64,000 bases of DNA, taken from NCBI GenBank assembly GCA_025786725.1, contig JAHLTZ010000045.1, positions 87,724-151,723 of the forward strand, read 5' to 3'. The position numbers and the translations under genes are program-made. Of this stretch, positions 62,851 to 64,000 are shown piece after piece (the stretch's first letter is position 1; each line of letters starts with the position of its first letter). This DNA is from Syncephalis fuscata S228 (Eukaryota > Fungi > Zoopagomycota). The notes below the pieces were generated by a model that was given only the letters and a program-made list of their open reading frames with translations, had not been told where the DNA came from and made no database searches.

Positions 62851-64000
62851 TGTACTTTGAGTCCCCATCCTTAAACTGAAGGACAAAAAGATCAATAACT
62901 CGAACAATAAACCGTCAATCAGTTTTTACTACTGAGAAGTGGTTTGTTGTAGTGCCACATCAACTCTGATTGAATCAATCAGTGTCAATTAATCTGCATT
63001 ATTTTCAATATCAAAACAAATATTAAATAGTATTTCATGTTACTTACAATAGAATATTACATTTAATTATGATGTTGATGCAACAGTGTCAGTTTGATTT
63101 CTTATACTAATAGATGGTAAAAAATCAGAAGGCCTTGGTTCACCACTGGCCATTGTACTGAATATACTGTGCATGTTTCTGCTGGCATTAACATCGCACT
63201 ATTTATTCATTCATATAAACCATTGGTCTATTGCTTCATCGTCTAGAATATGACTATGTTTCATTATTTTAATAACGACGCTTTCTATGGCTACACTTGT
63301 CTTTAAGAAACATTGGCTTTGATTGTATTTCCTACTACACTCAGTAATTTATTGGTAGTATGTTTTATAGCAACAACTTTAGTATTAAATGGCTTTAATG
63401 TTTCTATTGTACTTTGACTCCGCATTTTATTTATCCATTTCGTCATCTTTTCCTATCGCTATCTTGTTGTTCTATTCAGTAATATATTATGTGATAATGT
63501 TGAATATAACAATATAAATAGCATGCGTATTTGAGCATCAATAAAAAACGTTATTCAATTTCTGGTTTTTGTTTCTCTTATTTCACATTAACATTTGTTC
63601 AAGTAGCATCAACGGCATGCCGTATATTCTGGTTACAACTGCCGCCACAAGATCTTCCTGGTGAAGACACTCAACCTATCATTATTGCATATGGCGGAGG
63701 CCATTTGCTTGATCAGTGGTTGGCAAATAAACTGCGCCTACCAAGTTGATATCAAAAATGCTCAAGAAAATGGTGAACATCAGAAATGCTAATCATTCTA
63801 CCTTTTGTCACTATAGGCGAGTATCTTACAGCGTAAATCTGCCTAAAATGCAACATTAGAAGATTGTAAAATAGAACAGACCATTTAGATGCAAGAAACC
63901 ACACTGTACATAGTAACAACAATAACAGCTGCGGAACGATATGGAATTGCAATCAATGGCTTTTATTAATATTTGATCAATCTTTCTACACATGGCCAAC
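62851..64000 (+). mobile_element. Second copy of the composite Fanzor-remnant TIR element (truncated by window end); internal TIR at 63408
   Basis: TGTACTTTGAGTCCCC start; 63026-64000 is near-identical to 19063-20040. Confidence 0.85.
63630..64000 (+). pseudogene. Fanzor pseudogene fragment, lineage 1 (copy 2)
   Basis: IIIAYGGG...KLISKMLKKMVNIR...TIGEYLTA*ICLKCNIRRL*...CGTIWNCNQ, with the same lesions as the copy at 19.7 kb. Confidence 0.8.

Overview
Eukaryotic, gene-dense DNA with short AT-rich spliceosomal introns. It most likely comes from an early-diverging fungus: fungal markers DAD4, TRS65, REG1-like and ETT1/Nro1 occur together with FKBP25- and Rab24-type genes. Recognisable housekeeping genes are ADI1, FKBP3-like, ETT1, ARP2, ERV2, MOG1, REG1-like, BCS1, TRS65, mitochondrial bL21, RRF1, ATP1, MPS1, NOP15, COX15, an RLM1/MEF2-type MADS factor, DAD4, Rab24-like and a cyclophilin. 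Many conserved genes carry single-base deletions, often in homopolymer runs, so the assembly probably has indel errors. Four accessory stories stand out. (1) At 1-7209 (-), a 7TM GPCR-like domain appears to run, across four single-base frameshifts, into a giant array of at least 34 unrecognised ~50-aa repeats that continues off the window. (2) A family of short-TIR elements (TTGTACTTTGA[C/G]TCCC) carries four decayed Fanzor (eukaryotic TnpB) C-terminal remnants of two lineages; one has a spliceosomal intron, and conserved or structured 3' ends are candidate omegaRNA scaffolds. (3) A secreted prolyl-oligopeptidase homologue that seems to lack its whole catalytic triad is bracketed by ~170-bp inverted repeats next to a MULE transposon. 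(4) The Rab24-like GTPase has a ~220-aa insertion. Exon boundaries were read by eye and are approximate.
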